A stretch of 64,000 nucleotides of DNA from positions 105,960,001-106,024,000 of the forward strand of contig NC_087436.1 in assembly GCF_036321535.1 (NCBI RefSeq). The letters are read 5' to 3'. Below the pieces are notes generated by a model. It saw only the letters and a list, made by a program, of their open reading frames with translations, was not told the origin of the DNA and did no database searches. Below are positions 37,481 to 50,409 of the stretch, piece by piece. Both the position numbers and the translations under genes were made by a program. Numbering within the stretch: position 1 is the stretch's first letter; each line of letters starts with the position of its first letter. Source of the DNA: Camelus dromedarius. Its lineage: Eukaryota.

Positions 37481-37904
37481 CTAACAGGAAGGACTCAACC
37501 ATGTCTAGAGGTAGCTCAGATGATAAGCAGGGTGGCCCTATATCAGGGATGTAGAGATGAAGTGGTTGCATCAGAGGAAGGTCAGAGTTAACGCCTTTTG
37601 CAGCCTTCAACCCAGACTATTTTAGCAAGTAGAGCTGCTGGAAAAAACACAGGCAGGAACAAATATAACAAAAATATGGAAAAGTATAATTTCAATTCAT
37701 TACTTGAATGCATTGATTACATACGATGCCAGACATGGGATGCTGGATTTATGTAAAGACACCAGGCATCGTGATGAAAGGAGACGGTATCACCTAAAAG
37801 GTAGGAGTCTAGTCTTTGGTGTCAACCAGCCTGGGGTCTGATTTCAACTGTGCCGTTTGTTGGTGACATGACCTTTGGCAAATACGGTAGGTTAGCTTCT
37901 CCCA

Positions 37905-38312
37905 GAAGTTGGCCCCGAGTCTTAGACTTGAGTTGCAATTACTTCTTTGGGTGCAGATGTGTTTGGATGCCCTCAATTATCTTGGGGAAAAGGGTCAGGA
38001 AGCCAGTAAAAGGGATGTTAACGAGCAGGTTACTACCATGGACAACAGGGACCCAGTTCTGCTGGGACCTCTGGATGACCATGCAGACTGGCCTCAGCCT
38101 TTTCCCACTCAGGGGGCGAGGAAGCTCGAGTGTTATCCACCAACTCCCACCTGTCTTTGTTGGAGGGCTGCTCCCGGGACAGGGAACATCAGCTCCTGGG
38201 TGCTTCCACACTGCCATACTCATGGGCTCAGGTGCTCCTGTGAACAGAGGAAGCCCTGGAGCAGAGTCTGGGCTTTAGGACGTGAAGTATGCTAACCTGT
38301 GAGTATGGAGGA
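37905..38312. mobile_element. Old ERVL-type LTR fragment nested in a MIR (MIR halves ~37810-37900 and ~38720-38850)
   Basis: GAGCAGGTTACTACCATGGACAACAGGGACCCAGTTCTGCTGGGACCTCTGG resembles LTR16/LTR33-group sequence. Subfamily uncertain. Confidence 0.5.
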
Positions 38313-38679
38313 TGTCTTGGTCAGCTCAGGCTGCTGTAACAAAGTACCCTAGACTAGGAGGCTTATAAACAGTGACACTTATTTCCCACAGTTCTGGGGG
38401 CCGCAAAGCCGAGATCAGAGTGCCAGCGTGGTCGGGTTCTGGTGAGGGCCCTCTTCTTACTTGCCGACTTCTTGTCTCCTCACGTGGTAGGAAGAGGCCG
38501 AGAGAGCCCTCTGGGGTCCCTTTTACGAGGACACTGATCCAGTTCATGTGGGCTCCACTCTCATGACCTGATCACCTCCCAATATCTCCTAATACCCCCT
38601 AACACCATCACCTTGGAGTTTAGGATTTCAACGTATGAATTGGGGGTGGGGGGGGGTCACAAATATTCAGTCCAGTGCA
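38313..38679 (-). mobile_element. MLT1A/MLT1A0 MaLR solo LTR, full length
   Basis: TG...CA ends and a 5-bp TSD GAGGA/GAGGG. Motifs GGCTGCTGTAACAAAGTACC, GGTTCTGGTGAGGGCCCTCTTC and TAGGATTTCAACGTATGAATT. Confidence 0.9.
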
Positions 38680-40469
38680 GAGGGATAAGGATGGGCACTA
38701 ACAGTAAAAGCTAAGACGAGTCACTTGAACTCCCTGCACATTTCCTCCTCTATAAAATGGGCTTGATAATAACACAGACCTCATAGTTCTTTGTGGGGAT
38801 TAAGGGTGATAATGAACATGCAATGGTCAGCTTATACTGCTGGGAATGCCAGCAAGGGTAGATACTACAGTTAGAAAAGAGAAACATAAGAGCAAGGAGA
38901 CCATGCCTTTCAGAGAGTAGTGCCCATGGACTCTATTGAGGAAATAAATTGTTGGAGGGAGTTTGTGTCCTTTTAATTTGCTTGGAGAAGTGCCCATAAT
39001 AGAATCTTTTACACTCGGTCACTTAAAAGAATTATGTGTGGCTGACACACCAAAGTCACATTTATCCACCCGGACAGAAGGTTCATCTTGAGTACAGAGG
39101 CTGTAATTTACTTACAGGTGTATGTGGTGGGATAACTCAGGTTAATGTCCGTGAACAGAGACCAACAATTAGCAAGTTAATTAGGGTCCTGATTTTAGTA
39201 GCGAAGGATAATCATTTATTAGCTTAGGTCAGACCCTGGGCCTTCCTGCGAAGTGACTTTCCATGGAAATATTGACTGAGAGGGACTCCCTGTCATTTCC
39301 CTAGTACAATTCACACATGCTTGGGAAACTCATTATCTCTTACAGAGATAGTAGTGAGGATTCCAATAAGTTCAGGACACCTGGCTTCAGCCGGCCTGTT
39401 TTATGTGGATGGCCAAAATGGAAAGAGGATTCTAATGTAATAGGCGTATCAGTTCTTTCCCACCCCACTCATGCTGTGCAAGTGCTGTTTGCTGGTTTGT
39501 GACCACTGGGTGCTGGCATTTTGCTCTTTTCCAGTCAATACTCTCAGATAAATTAACATTATCGTTTCCTATACGGCATTAGTTGAAAACAAATATATAA
39601 AGGGTACTATTGTGCCTTGGGACTAAAAAGTGTTAGGAAGTGGTAAGCTTTTCTTTTTCTTGTTTTCACAGTGACAGCCATTGACCCGTACCAGAGATTC
39701 TGTATAAGGGGCTGGAGATTATAAATCCAATTTGGAGGAGGGGAGAGGACATGGATTGAAGGGGCATCTTGCAGTGGATGAAGACATGAGTGGCAGGCGG
39801 CTCCTCTTTTCTTGCCAATAAAAGGCACGGGGTTCACTGTGTCCATTTTGTCTTCTCGCCTGACCCTTCTTGCCTTTTTCTGGCATTGGCGCCTACTTAG
39901 CTTGGTTGGAAAGTTACTTAGAATGTCCCTTGGCTAATAAGGTGGAGGCTTGGCCATGCCTTATAAGCTGTAGAAAGGATGATGGACAAGGCTTTTAAAA
40001 TCTGCTTGGCTCCTGTTTCCTATGCCATCAGTCATGAATGGTGAGTGAGTTGTTTCTGCTTGTAAAATAGGAGCAGAGATGAGGTCGCGACAGATGTAGC
40101 TTCGGTTAAGTCACTCCAGTTTTCTCATGGAAGCTGATTCTCGATAATGAAAACAGCCTGGCTCCTCTTTGCTGGGGGCAGATTCCCGCCACACTTTTTC
40201 CCATTTTGGTTTAAGCTGAAAACTGCCGGAGGAAATGTCTACTACTAAGAGTCCAAGCCAGCAACTAAGGAGTGCTTTTAAATGATGTCACCATTGTTTT
40301 TTTTTTTTTTTTTTCTTAATACTATCTGGAGGAAACAATTTTAGTTAACTAGAAGGGAACTAAATGGTGGAAGTGCCCCACAGCTAATTTTCCATGACCC
40401 AGGTCCCAGCATTCTAGGTGTAAATTGATGCACATTTTAATGAATTGTTTTAAGTTCAACAAGTACTCT

Positions 40470-40973
40470 TGTGTTGGAGGGCAACATAATGCTCCCTTCC
40501 CTGGCAAATGTCTATGTTCTGATTCCCCAGAGCCTGGGAAAGTTATCTGATGTGGCAAAAGGCACTTTGCAAACATGATTCAGGTTATAGACCTTGAGAT
40601 GGAGAGATTCTCTTGGATTGTCTGAGTGGCCCCAGTCTGATCACATGAGTCCTTAAAATCGGACAGCCTTTCCTGGACTTGGTGAGAAAGAAAGAAATGG
40701 CAGCAGGGGAAGGTTTTAATGTCCCACTGCTGGTCCTGAGCTACAGGCGCTGTGTTCCAGGAACTAAATCCTGCCAACAACTCTACTGCGTGAGGAAACG
40801 ATCCTCCGCTAGAACCTCCAGAAAGGACGTCAGCCCTGCCAACGCTTTGATTTTAGCCTGGTGAGACCCAGGTCAGAATTCTGACCGACAGAACTACAGG
40901 GTCGTGTATTTGTATTGCTTCAAACCACAGGGCTTGAGGTAATTTGTGGTAGCAGCAATAGCAAACCAATACA
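40470..40973 (+). mobile_element. MLT1D/E-like MaLR solo LTR
   Basis: TG...AATACA ends. Motifs TGGCAAAAGGCACTTTGCA, GACCTTGAGATGGAGAGATT and TTGATTTTAGCCTGGTGAGACCC. Confidence 0.87.
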
Positions 40974-42269
40974 TCTCAGTTTCTCTGGTTGAGGGTTTTC
41001 CTAAAGATAAAGTGGTTTCTGAGCCCAATCAGGAAGGGCCGAATCATTTCCTATCAAAATCAAAAGCTCTGGCTCCAGGGTTTCAATGAATTCCACCCTG
41101 TGGTTCTGTGTTGCTAGCACGTGAGTAGACTTGGGTGATGCAGAGCCAAGAGGACATGAATGACTATTAATGGAGCATCCTCGGTGTTCCAAGGACATTG
41201 ATTATCCTACTTAACCCGATTTCAATCTGTGAGGTGGATATTATTATATTTTACAGATGAGAAACCTTCTGAGAGGTTTAATGACTTTTCTGAACTTGCG
41301 GAACTAGTATGTAACATAGCAAGGTTCTGAACCTCCACAAAACATGTTCCTTCTGTCTTCTGCCCGACTCCAGCATCCTTCTCAGCAACCCCCAGGAGTC
41401 AGGAAATCAAAAGTGTCATGGCCGAGTCTTCTGCTATAGGAAACAAGAGACTAGAATCACTTATTTGTTTGGTTGATAAAATATTAATGAAGGTGAAGGA
41501 CACCATCCCTGCCTTTTTTCTTTTTAAACTCGCAGTGGGACGGGGGCACCTAGACCGACTGGCTCATTTCTTAATCTCCACTCAAGTTCCCATCTATGCA
41601 CTTGGCTTCTCTTATTACTAATCAGCAATGCTTTGTGGGTTGCAGAATACACACCTCATTTCTTAGCAAAGGAGTCAGGATGGTATTTAAGATGAAAGAG
41701 GATTTGGAAAAAATGATTATTTTAAAGGGTCACTTAGGACTGGCTTTGCAGGTCTACTGCATTAAGCCAAATTTTGGTCAGTCGCTATCAATGATGGTTG
41801 GATTAAATGTGTGCAACATGCCCCTGAAATCCCAAGATCCTCTGCCAGCAGTTAAATGTTCCTACACGTCATCCAGAGAGAACACTGACTATCAGCTGAC
41901 GAACCCCATGCTGGGAGACTGTTTCTTTAAACTCAGCCGTAAGCCTGGTGGAGACCTCCAGAGAGGATTTGTTTAATGGGTGATTTTAAAGCACTCGCTC
42001 TGCAGCATTAAGTTCCACAAGAGTAGGAAAGAAGCATAAAAAGTGCTACTTGCTTCTGAGGAGCATCCGGTCTAGAGGGAGGAGGCTGTTTGAAAAGACC
42101 AACAGGTTTTGGCAAACAAATAGTTCTGGGCTCCAGAGGTAGGAAGGAAACTTGAAGGTCACCAGGTACGTGCCCAGGTTTGGGGCAGGCAGTTGGGTGT
42201 TGGTGGTATGTGTTTGCTCATGGCTTCATTGGGGAGGATGCCAGAGGAGCCCCAGTACCCTCTGCCACT

Positions 42270-42575
42270 TGAGAATCAAGTCCTTAGGTTAGGTAGTTAG
42301 ATAAGTGGGGGCACCAGGGAGATTAAGGTTGAGGAGAGGGAGGATGGTCCACAAGATGGTGAGAGCCATCAGTCAATCAGGAGACCACCTCTAAGTGAGG
42401 GTATAAGAGAAGGGGGCAAACAAAGACCATCGCTGTCCTCCCTTGAATCAGCCTGCCTCTTGTTCTTGGAGGTGCACTTTCCCTTTGCTAATAAAACCTT
42501 TAAAATCTTTCACTACATGACACATCTGTCTCCCATCTGAATTCTTCTCTTTTGGGTAAGACAAGAACTGGGATC
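42270..42575 (+). mobile_element. ERV1-like solo LTR (U3-R-U5 signals visible)
   Basis: TG start, CAAT-like GTCAATC, TATAAG near 42403, AATAAA near 42490, and U5-like GAATTCTTCTCT...GACAAGAAC. No clear terminal CA or TSD. Confidence 0.6.
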
Positions 42576-43513
42576 TTTTTCCCTTCCCTTTTTGAGGTAG
42601 CACTTAGACCTTGGGGCTGGAGCTCAGTGTGTTACTCAAGAGCCTTGCACCTGGCTAGACCCATTCCTGAGATCTGGGGAGGTGAGGGGTGTGAAACTGG
42701 CACCTCTGAGTACCCTCACCCACTGGATGTCAAGTGCTAGCTAGTCCATTAGCTCTTCTGAATTCCCTTCTCTCAAGCTAGAGCATGCTTCTAGAACTTT
42801 CCTTCTGTCAACTGCTATACTTCTGCTGACTCTTATTGGCCATTCCTGTCCCAGCTGCCCCCCTTCCTGGTCCTGGCTGGGCCCAGTACCCGATATCTCT
42901 CTGCTTTCTGTTGGACTGCTGTCTTTGTATTATTTTCCCCAGCTTGTAATTTGCTCTTCAGACTCATAGCTCTCGCCCCTTACCCACTTCTGCCCCTGGG
43001 TCAGCTTGCATTCCCTACCTCCTAAGCCCCCTTCTCGTCCCTCACACACAGGTGTCTCCTGGCCTCTCTTCTGCCACCCTCGGGTGCTCTGTCTTGTTAA
43101 AGTCCCAGAGTGCCTCATTTGGGAGTGGAAATAGCAGCAGAATGGACCCCAGATTCATCCCTGTGGGGCCGCCTTCATTTGTGCCCACCAGGTTTATCAC
43201 TTCTGTTCGAGGCTTTAACTAATCCTAGAGCCCAAGCAACACAGTGCCCAGCTCTGCAACTCTGCACGGAAACTGCTGCTCAGGATAGAATGAAATCCTT
43301 ACGGAAATTAAAAAAGGCAAAAACCTCTTTCTTCTTTGTTGACTATAGGGGGCCTTATTTTTTTGAAGACCAGATTAAAAAAAGAAAAAAAAAAACCTGC
43401 AATTTTTTTTCTTTTTTGGTTAGAACAGGGTCTTAGAGTACACTGTGCCCCAAATCAGGATGCTGTGTGTTTTCTGTACCATGAACACTCCCCCTCGCCA
43501 GCTCAGCTCTTAA

Positions 43514-43612
43514 TGTCAGGATTTTTTTTTTTTTAGTGGAGATACTGGGAATTGGACCCAGGACCTCATGCATGCTAAGCATGCACTCCACTACTGATCT
43601 ATACCCACCCCT
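43514..43612 (-). mobile_element. tRNA-Ala-derived SINE, short form (head + poly-A)
   Basis: Reverse head TGGAGATACTGGGAATTGGACCCAGGACCTCATGCATGCTAAGC. TSD CCAGCTCAGCTCTTAA (43498-43513) / CCAGCTCAACTCTTAA (43618-43633). Confidence 0.92.
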
Positions 43613-44029
43613 CGACTCCAGCTCAACTCTTAAAATAATTTTAAATACTTGACACTAAACACTTCTAACACTGGAGAGCTAGTGTCTTTTTGGAAAAGGT
43701 TTTGGATTATATCTGGGTTTATTTCTGTGAACTCATTTTTTTTATATTGAATTATTTAATGTGCATTGTAATGGTTTTTCTTTTATAAACACTTCATATC
43801 AAGCAAAACATCTGTAGTCAGATTAATCTGCCTTGAATGCTGCTTTCAGCATATCACAACCCTGCTCAGAAATTCTGTGTTGTTTCCTAATCCCTTTGTC
43901 CTATAACCTAAATTCGAGCGTCTGACTTTCCAGGTCTCCTAGCACCTACTCCCACCCAATCTGCTCTCAGTTCTAACTGCTGTGTTTGGGGTTCTTTCTC
44001 CACGTTCTGCTCATAATGAAGTGGAGGCC

Positions 44030-44240
44030 GTGTTATAGTTGGTAATGAAGACCCCGAAGCCAGAGTTCCTGGGTTCAAGTCATGTCTATTAGCTGTGAAA
44101 TGTTGGCAAATTGCCTAACTTGCCTGTTTCAGTTTTCTCATCTGTAAAATGGGATAATAATATGACCCACCTTATGGTCATGAAAGTGTCAAAGTGTGCT
44201 TTCCAGCACTCAGTAAGTGTTCACTAGGTGTGAGCTATTA
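44030..44240 (+). mobile_element. MIR SINE
   Basis: CCTGGGTTCAAGT...TCAGTTTTCTCATCTGTAAAATGGGATAATAA. Confidence 0.8.
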
Positions 44241-45513
44241 CTTTACACCCTCTAGTGAGGGAATTAGTGATTTAGATCAGGGAACTAACTCTTTTTGTCT
44301 TGTTCCTCCTATTTTTCCCCTTACACCTCAGGTGTAGGCATCCTTGCTCTTGGTTGAACCTGAAATTGGTGTTTCAGTCATTTGGAACATTTAATTATAA
44401 TCATTTTTTTCTTTTTCTTTTTTTTTTTTTTTCAGCGACAGGGCAGATTTCAGTTCAGCTTTGTTTATTCGGAATGTACGGACTAAATAATTTCCCTAAA
44501 AAGTGGCATTAAATCTCTTTCCTCAGCCCTAACCATTTGCATATACATACAAGTATGTGTTAAAGTGTCATCTTTCATCCAGGCAGTCAAGTAAATTTTA
44601 GGTTCATATCACTTTTTCTGTGTTTTGGGCCATATCATTGAAACTTGCATGGAAGGAATAGGTCCAGAATAATTCGTCTATGAATAAGGGTGTGGTTTGG
44701 ATCAGGAGACTCTAGAAGCAGTGTGTTTTCATAGTGGTTTTTGCTATTTTGAAACTTTCTATTCTGGTTCCTTGGCCCCCCTCCCTCCAAATAAATCCCA
44801 CGAGCCTGTTGACTTTCAGAGCTTAGTTTGAAGTTCATTGACAACATCAGAAAATGAGAATGCCATAGTGGGTCAGATTTCTAGTCTCTCTAGCCCAGTT
44901 TTCTGTCACCAATATAGGGGGAAGTGTTGTTTTTTAGGAAAACATGTCAGAGATCTACCACAAAACTATCTTCAGGGGGTCAGGGGCTTGCTCCAGCAGC
45001 CAGCAAGGCACGGCATCCCAGTGGATCAGACTGGGTTGGGTGCCCAGGATGAAACCCAAAGAAGAAACTCAAAGGCTCCAGGTTGGAGTCTGTAAAGTTT
45101 TTGAATTGCTCCCAAACATAGTGTAATTAGAAGAAACTACCTTTGTTTTGGCTCGCCTCACCCATTTACTTTAAAGAACAATCCTCTTTATTTTACCATA
45201 TCCCAAAGAAGAAAATATGTTTTTCATCACAAATTTAAATCCTGGTGATATAATAAAGGAAAGATTTCCTTATGTATCATCTGGTAGCCATCATATATAG
45301 TTCTCTCTGAAAGAGAAATCAGTAGGGTTCTTATCTTTAGCTTTTAGCTAAGAAGAATCAACACAGTTTAGTAAATAAGAGAACAGATTCCAGAGGTAAG
45401 GGATTTGGTGATTGTCAGCCATCTAACCTTGGTCAAGTTCCCTAACCTCTGTGAGCCTTAGTTTTCTCATTTGTAATTGGAAACAAAAATGATGGAAATT
45501 ACTCTCTATTATG

Positions 45514-45515
<2 letters not shown>

Positions 45516-45554
<39 letters not shown>

Positions 45555-45562
45555 ACACACAC
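45516..45562. repeat. (CA)n microsatellite within a MIR (~45410-45670)
   Basis: An interrupted CA run of about 22 units, with MIR core CCTTGGTCAAGTTCCCTAACCTCTGTGAGCCT upstream. Confidence 0.92.
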
Positions 45563-45879
45563 TTATTGTAGATTTTTTTGAAACTTGAGTGAACTAATGC
45601 GTACAAAATGCTGAGGACGCTCCCTGGTCCCTACCGAGGACTCTGTACACGGACGTCCAGTTATTAAGTACTCAAGTGCCTTTTCATTCCATGCATGTAA
45701 AAGGCCCAGGGGCCACAAAAATGAGGAAGAAATGGCTTCTGCCTTTGAGAATCGTACAGTGAGTGAATTTTACAAGGTGTAGGAAGTCTGTGGGTTTAGT
45801 CAATAAAAGAGGAAACAAGTTGGCTGTGGGTTTGTTCGGGGTGGTGGCCAGATGATGGACCTATTTTCAGAATGGTGGC

Positions 45880-46480
45880 AGGGCCTTCCATGATGCGGCT
45901 TCAGCCCTCGTGAACAGCCTCATCTTAGGCTGCTCCCCTTCTTTACTCACTAAACTCCAGGTATATCGGCCACATCTACTCACTTAACAGCTATTTAGTA
46001 GATAATTCCTGAGCAAGACACTTCTCTGAGCAAGACATTTCTGCGAGCAAGTGGTAAATAAGTCAGGTGGGAACCCTGCTTTCCTGGTACATGTGCACTG
46101 CTGGTGTCTCAGACATGCTAAGCTCTTTCTCACCTCAGGGCCTTTAATCATGTGTCCCCCTCTAGCTAGAATGTTCTTTCTTTGATGCCTTCTTCACCCT
46201 AACTCCCTCAAGTCTTAAATTTTCCTTCCTTAGACGAATCTTGCTTATCTCTTGTCCCCAGTTCAATCTAAATTAAATTCTACTGTTATCTTTTCTCAAC
46301 ATACCCTTAAATTTTATTTCAAGAGATTTATCACAATTTGTTTTGTATCATCGTCTACTGCCTTATCCACTGGACTGTAAGCTGCATAAGGTCACAGGCT
46401 GTGTTGATTTTGTTGTTTTATCTACCACATCTAGGACTTGGCAGGTCCATAAAAGGTCCTTAAAATATATTTGATCTAAT
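45880..46480 (+). mobile_element. L2 3' region
   Basis: CACCTCAGGGCCTTT...TAGCTAGAATGTTCTT...CCACTGGACTGTAAGCTGCATAAGG. Confidence 0.65.
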
Positions 46481-47020
46481 AAAATAATTGTCTTAGTATT
46501 AAAATATATTTTCATTTTACAAGCACTGATGGAAAATTTGTGCAGATCTTTCGTGGTGATAATGCACTTAGATCAGGAGGCTTATTTTGGTTTTGCTAGC
46601 TGACTGTATGTATATTTGTATACGTAATTTTTTAATTGCTAAATTATGATCCTGGGGAGCTATTCTTTATATTTGAAAAGCTTTCAAATAGTTTTCTTTT
46701 CCTCCCCACAGGATTAGCTTTTAGAGTGAATTTTTCTTGGGATTTTGTCATGCTCTTTAATCTTTATAATAGCACGGGTCACTCAGTATGAACATCCTTG
46801 GGTGTTTCAGAGGCTCATTCTTCAGATGGAAAATGTAAATCTGTTCCCTTGATTGCCTGTGCTGTCTGTGTAAGCCCAAATCTCTGGAGATAACATTTAG
46901 AAGAAAATGAAGAAATGGGTAATGCACCAAACAAATGTTACCTCTTTGTTTGCCTGTTGGGGTGAGGAGTAGATGGGAAAGGAAGTGGGGTGGGCGCTGG
47001 GCTATAATGTCTACAGCTGA

Positions 47021-47365
47021 GAAAGATATCACTTATATGAGGAATCTAAAAAAATGACACAAAGGAACTTACTTACAAAACTGAAATAGACTTACAGACA
47101 TAGAAAACAAACTTATGGTTATCAAAGGGGAAGGGGGGTAGGATGGATAAATTAGTAGTTTGGGATTAGCAGATACAAACTACTCTCTATAAAATAGATA
47201 AACAAGGACCCACTGTAGGGGACAGGGAACTACATTCAGTATCTTGTAATAACCTATAATAGAAAAGAATCTGAAAATATATAGAGATATATATATAAAC
47301 TGAATCACTTCTGTATACCTGACACTAACACAACACTGTAAATCATCTATACTTTAATTAAAAAA
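47021..47365 (+). mobile_element. LINE-1 3' UTR fragment with A tail
   Basis: GATATCACTTATATGAGGAATCTAAAA...GGGATTAGCAGATACAAAC. TSD AATGTCTACAGCTGA (47006-47020) / AATGTCCACAGCTGA (47366-47380). Confidence 0.93.
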
Positions 47366-48245
47366 AATGTCCACAGCTGATATTAGCTTGAAGCATTGGT
47401 CTAACAGAAACCTCCTCTTTTGGTGAAGCTGACTAAGCCAGCCCACTGTGGTACCTCCCATCTTTTTAAAAAGTGTTCAAGTTTCAATACTGCTACGAAG
47501 AAAAAAAAAAAGAATCTGCCATCACAGCAAATGATACTGTTGGATGTGGAGGGAAACCCCATAAAATTGTATGGGTGATATTAATTTAGTCACCTAGGGC
47601 TTAATCGTCATTTTATGGACATTAAAAAAAAAGTTTTGTAGCCATAATGTTTTATCTATCTTTATGGTCTCTTATGCTGTGTTTAATCAGTGTAATTATG
47701 GGAGAAGATAATTAAATATAGTACTATACAGTTCTTAAGATTTTAATGCTGTTATTACTAATTTAACCACAAAAAAGGTATATATAATGTAAGCCGTTGC
47801 GAATCTTAAAGAGAAATATGCAGTCAGGATTTTTCAGGAGGCAGTTTAAATACTAGAGATGCAATTGTGACTTTTTTTGTCAGTTTATTTATGCCATTTA
47901 ATATATTTTTTATCTATAACTGGGAAGGAGAATCAAGAGGAGAAGAATATTGTACTCTTCTTTGAACAAAAGTGATCTCAATTCAGTTCAAAATGGTTAC
48001 ATTAGAAATAGTCTGCTGCCCCCAAAGGCTATGTGGACGACATTTAACAATTGAAATTATACATGTGATACACTTTATTGTATATGTGTACTCAGTACAC
48101 ATGTGCCGTATTATTACCTGGGCAGAAGTAGGAAACATTTTTTTTCCCCTAGGCTACCCAGTTACCAGCAGGAATTCGAACCAGGTCTGTATGAGTCTGT
48201 GCTGTGAATTTTTAAGCACTAGCTTTATTTTTTAAGTAAATTAAA

Positions 48246-48345
48246 TTTTATTTATTTATTTATTTTTTAATGGAGGTGCTTGGGATTGAACCCAGGACCT
48301 CATTCATGCTAAGCAGGCATTCTACCACTGAGCTATACCCTCCCC
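48246..48345 (-). mobile_element. tRNA-Ala-derived SINE, short form
   Basis: Reverse complement GGGGAGGGTATAGCTCAGTGGTAGAATGCCTGCTTAGCATGAATGAGGTCCTGGGTTCAATCCCAAGCACCTCCA with a (TAAA)n tail. Confidence 0.93.
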
Positions 48346-48355
48346 GCTAAATATA

Positions 48356-48470
48356 ATTTTTTAAAATTTATTGAGGTAACATTGTTTTATAGCATTGTAT
48401 AAGTTTCATGTGTACAACGTTTTATTTCAATTTCTGTATATACTACAGCACACTCACCACCAAAAGTTAG
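48356..48470 (-). mobile_element. Short L1 3'-terminal fragment
   Basis: TTTATTGAGGTAACATTG...TATAAGTTTCATGTGTACAAC...CTCACCACCAAAAGT. Confidence 0.65.
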
Positions 48471-48967
48471 GGAAACCTTTTTTCTTTTTTAACCTTAACG
48501 AAAACAGGAACTGCCAAAGGATTGCCGGAGGTATTCTGAACTGTCTTGCTCTAGGGAAGGCACCACTTGAAGTTCCATTTGCTGTTATGAAAGCACACAT
48601 TTTACAGCTGGTCTGACTGTAATTGGAGGGTCCTTGAGCTTAGTGGGTGCTTAATAGATCTCTCTCGATCCGTGTTCCTGCGGACCTCTGTGGTGGAGCA
48701 GGCATTGAATCAAGCTCTTGCAACCACCAGGACTTAGATTAGAAAAGCAGGGGCGGAGGATGTGCTGGGATGGGGAACCAGTGTGAGCAAAGGGAAAGAG
48801 GCTTGAAATTCCTGGAGTAGAGGCAAAGAACTCCCAACTAATCTTTTCTGCCCCAGAGCACGCAGAGCTATGTCATGGGAAATACGTCAGAAGAAGAAGG
48901 GAAAAAAAAAAAAATCAAGCCAAAATGTGGGGGCTTCAAATGGCATGCAAAAAGTACTGGACTGAAT

Positions 48968-49321
48968 ACATGGCATATTATTCAGCCTGAAAAAGGATGA
49001 CATTCTGATACATGCACAACATGGATAAACCTTGAAGATAGCAAGCTAAGCGGAATAAGCCAGACACAGAAGGACAAATACTGGATGGTTCCACTGATGT
49101 AGGAGGGACTGGAATAGTCAAATGTATGGATTTAGAAAGTAGAATGGAAGTTCCCTGGTGCTGAGGGGAGGGGGAATGGGGAAGTCTTTGTTAGTGGGGA
49201 TAGGATAGTAGTGATGGCTGCACAACAGTGTATTAATGCCACTGAACTGCACACTTAAATCAGGTTAAAATGGTAAATTTTATGTTATAAATCTATGTTT
49301 TACTCTAGTAAGAAAAAATTT
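48968..49321 (+). mobile_element. L1MB-like 3' end
   Basis: AACATGGATAAACCTTGAA...AAGCCAGACACAGAAGGACAAATAC...AATGCCACTGAACTGCACACTTAAA. TSD core AAAAGTACTGG (48950-48960 / 49322-49332). Confidence 0.85.
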
Positions 49322-50409
49322 AAAAGTACTGGGTTGAATTCTGTAAACAGTGGGAGGCATTGAAAGTTCTTGTGGAAGGGAAGATAAGATCCCAGTGGTA
49401 TCTTTGGAATTAAGCTATGGGCTTTTTTTTTTTTTAAGCTTTGTACTTTTGTTGACAAGCTATGTTTGAGACCGATTTTCATTGCTATCACTTAGGGAGA
49501 TGAAGATTCAGTCTATAATTTCGTGAGAAAACTAAGAGCGTTGATGAATGGAATTTTCTAATGGTGAATGTTTAGTTGACAGTGAAGTTGGGGCAGCAAT
49601 GAATGACTTTCAGCCAGAGTTGGTATCCCATCTTTGAAAGACTTCTTGGCAAACCTAAAGAAATTTTGATTTGCTTGTGTATTTCTAGGAAGCTTGAGTT
49701 GGATGAAGCACTGGGGCCTAATGCTGAAAGTTATCAGCCTGGAATTAATGAAAAATGTGAGACGAGCCCTTAGGTTTGAGAGCAGTTTTGTGCACTAAAT
49801 TGATGTTGTGTTCTTTTTCATTCTCCGGCAAATATATTCTCATTGTGTGCTCCGAGGAAATGATTAAAAAACATCATTAAAATACTTCCTTTCCTTTCTT
49901 CTTCATTGGAAGAGGCCACAAGTATCTGCTTTTTCAATTTGAACCAAACTCTCACTTTTGCATTCTAATAGCGGCTCTAAATGCCGGTGGTGTGGTTCAG
50001 TGGCTTGTGGGATTTTACACTGTGAGACTGGCAAAGGGGCTCACACATCATCATTTCTGATCTCCTTGCTTTAGAGACAGAGAAGCTGGGGCCCGGAGAG
50101 TCGCCATGGATTCTTTCCTCGTTCTGTCAATTTTCTGGCAGTTAGAACAAATTTATACCCTAATGGCCAGACTGGGCAAAGAGGCATGTCAGGTGCACCG
50201 AGATCAAAAGAATAGGAAAGTCCTACCCCGTGATGGGAGAGCTAAGGAGAAGTCAGAATAAAGCAAGGGAGGTGGCCCGGGAGAAGGCAGGTTGGAGGAG
50301 AAGGAACCTCGATCTGTCATTGTGGATGGAACCATGAGTCAGAGCTCACATCCCAGGGGCTATATTTGGGCTGATGGAGACTTTGTAGTGAGCCTTGGAC
50401 CAGCTAAAT

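Noticed and set aside
48271..48345. tRNA-Ala(AGC) gene calls here and at the other SINE heads
   Set aside because: Each has a 5' GGGGA extension, stem mismatches, an A-rich tail and usually a TSD, so these are SINEs rather than functional tRNA genes.
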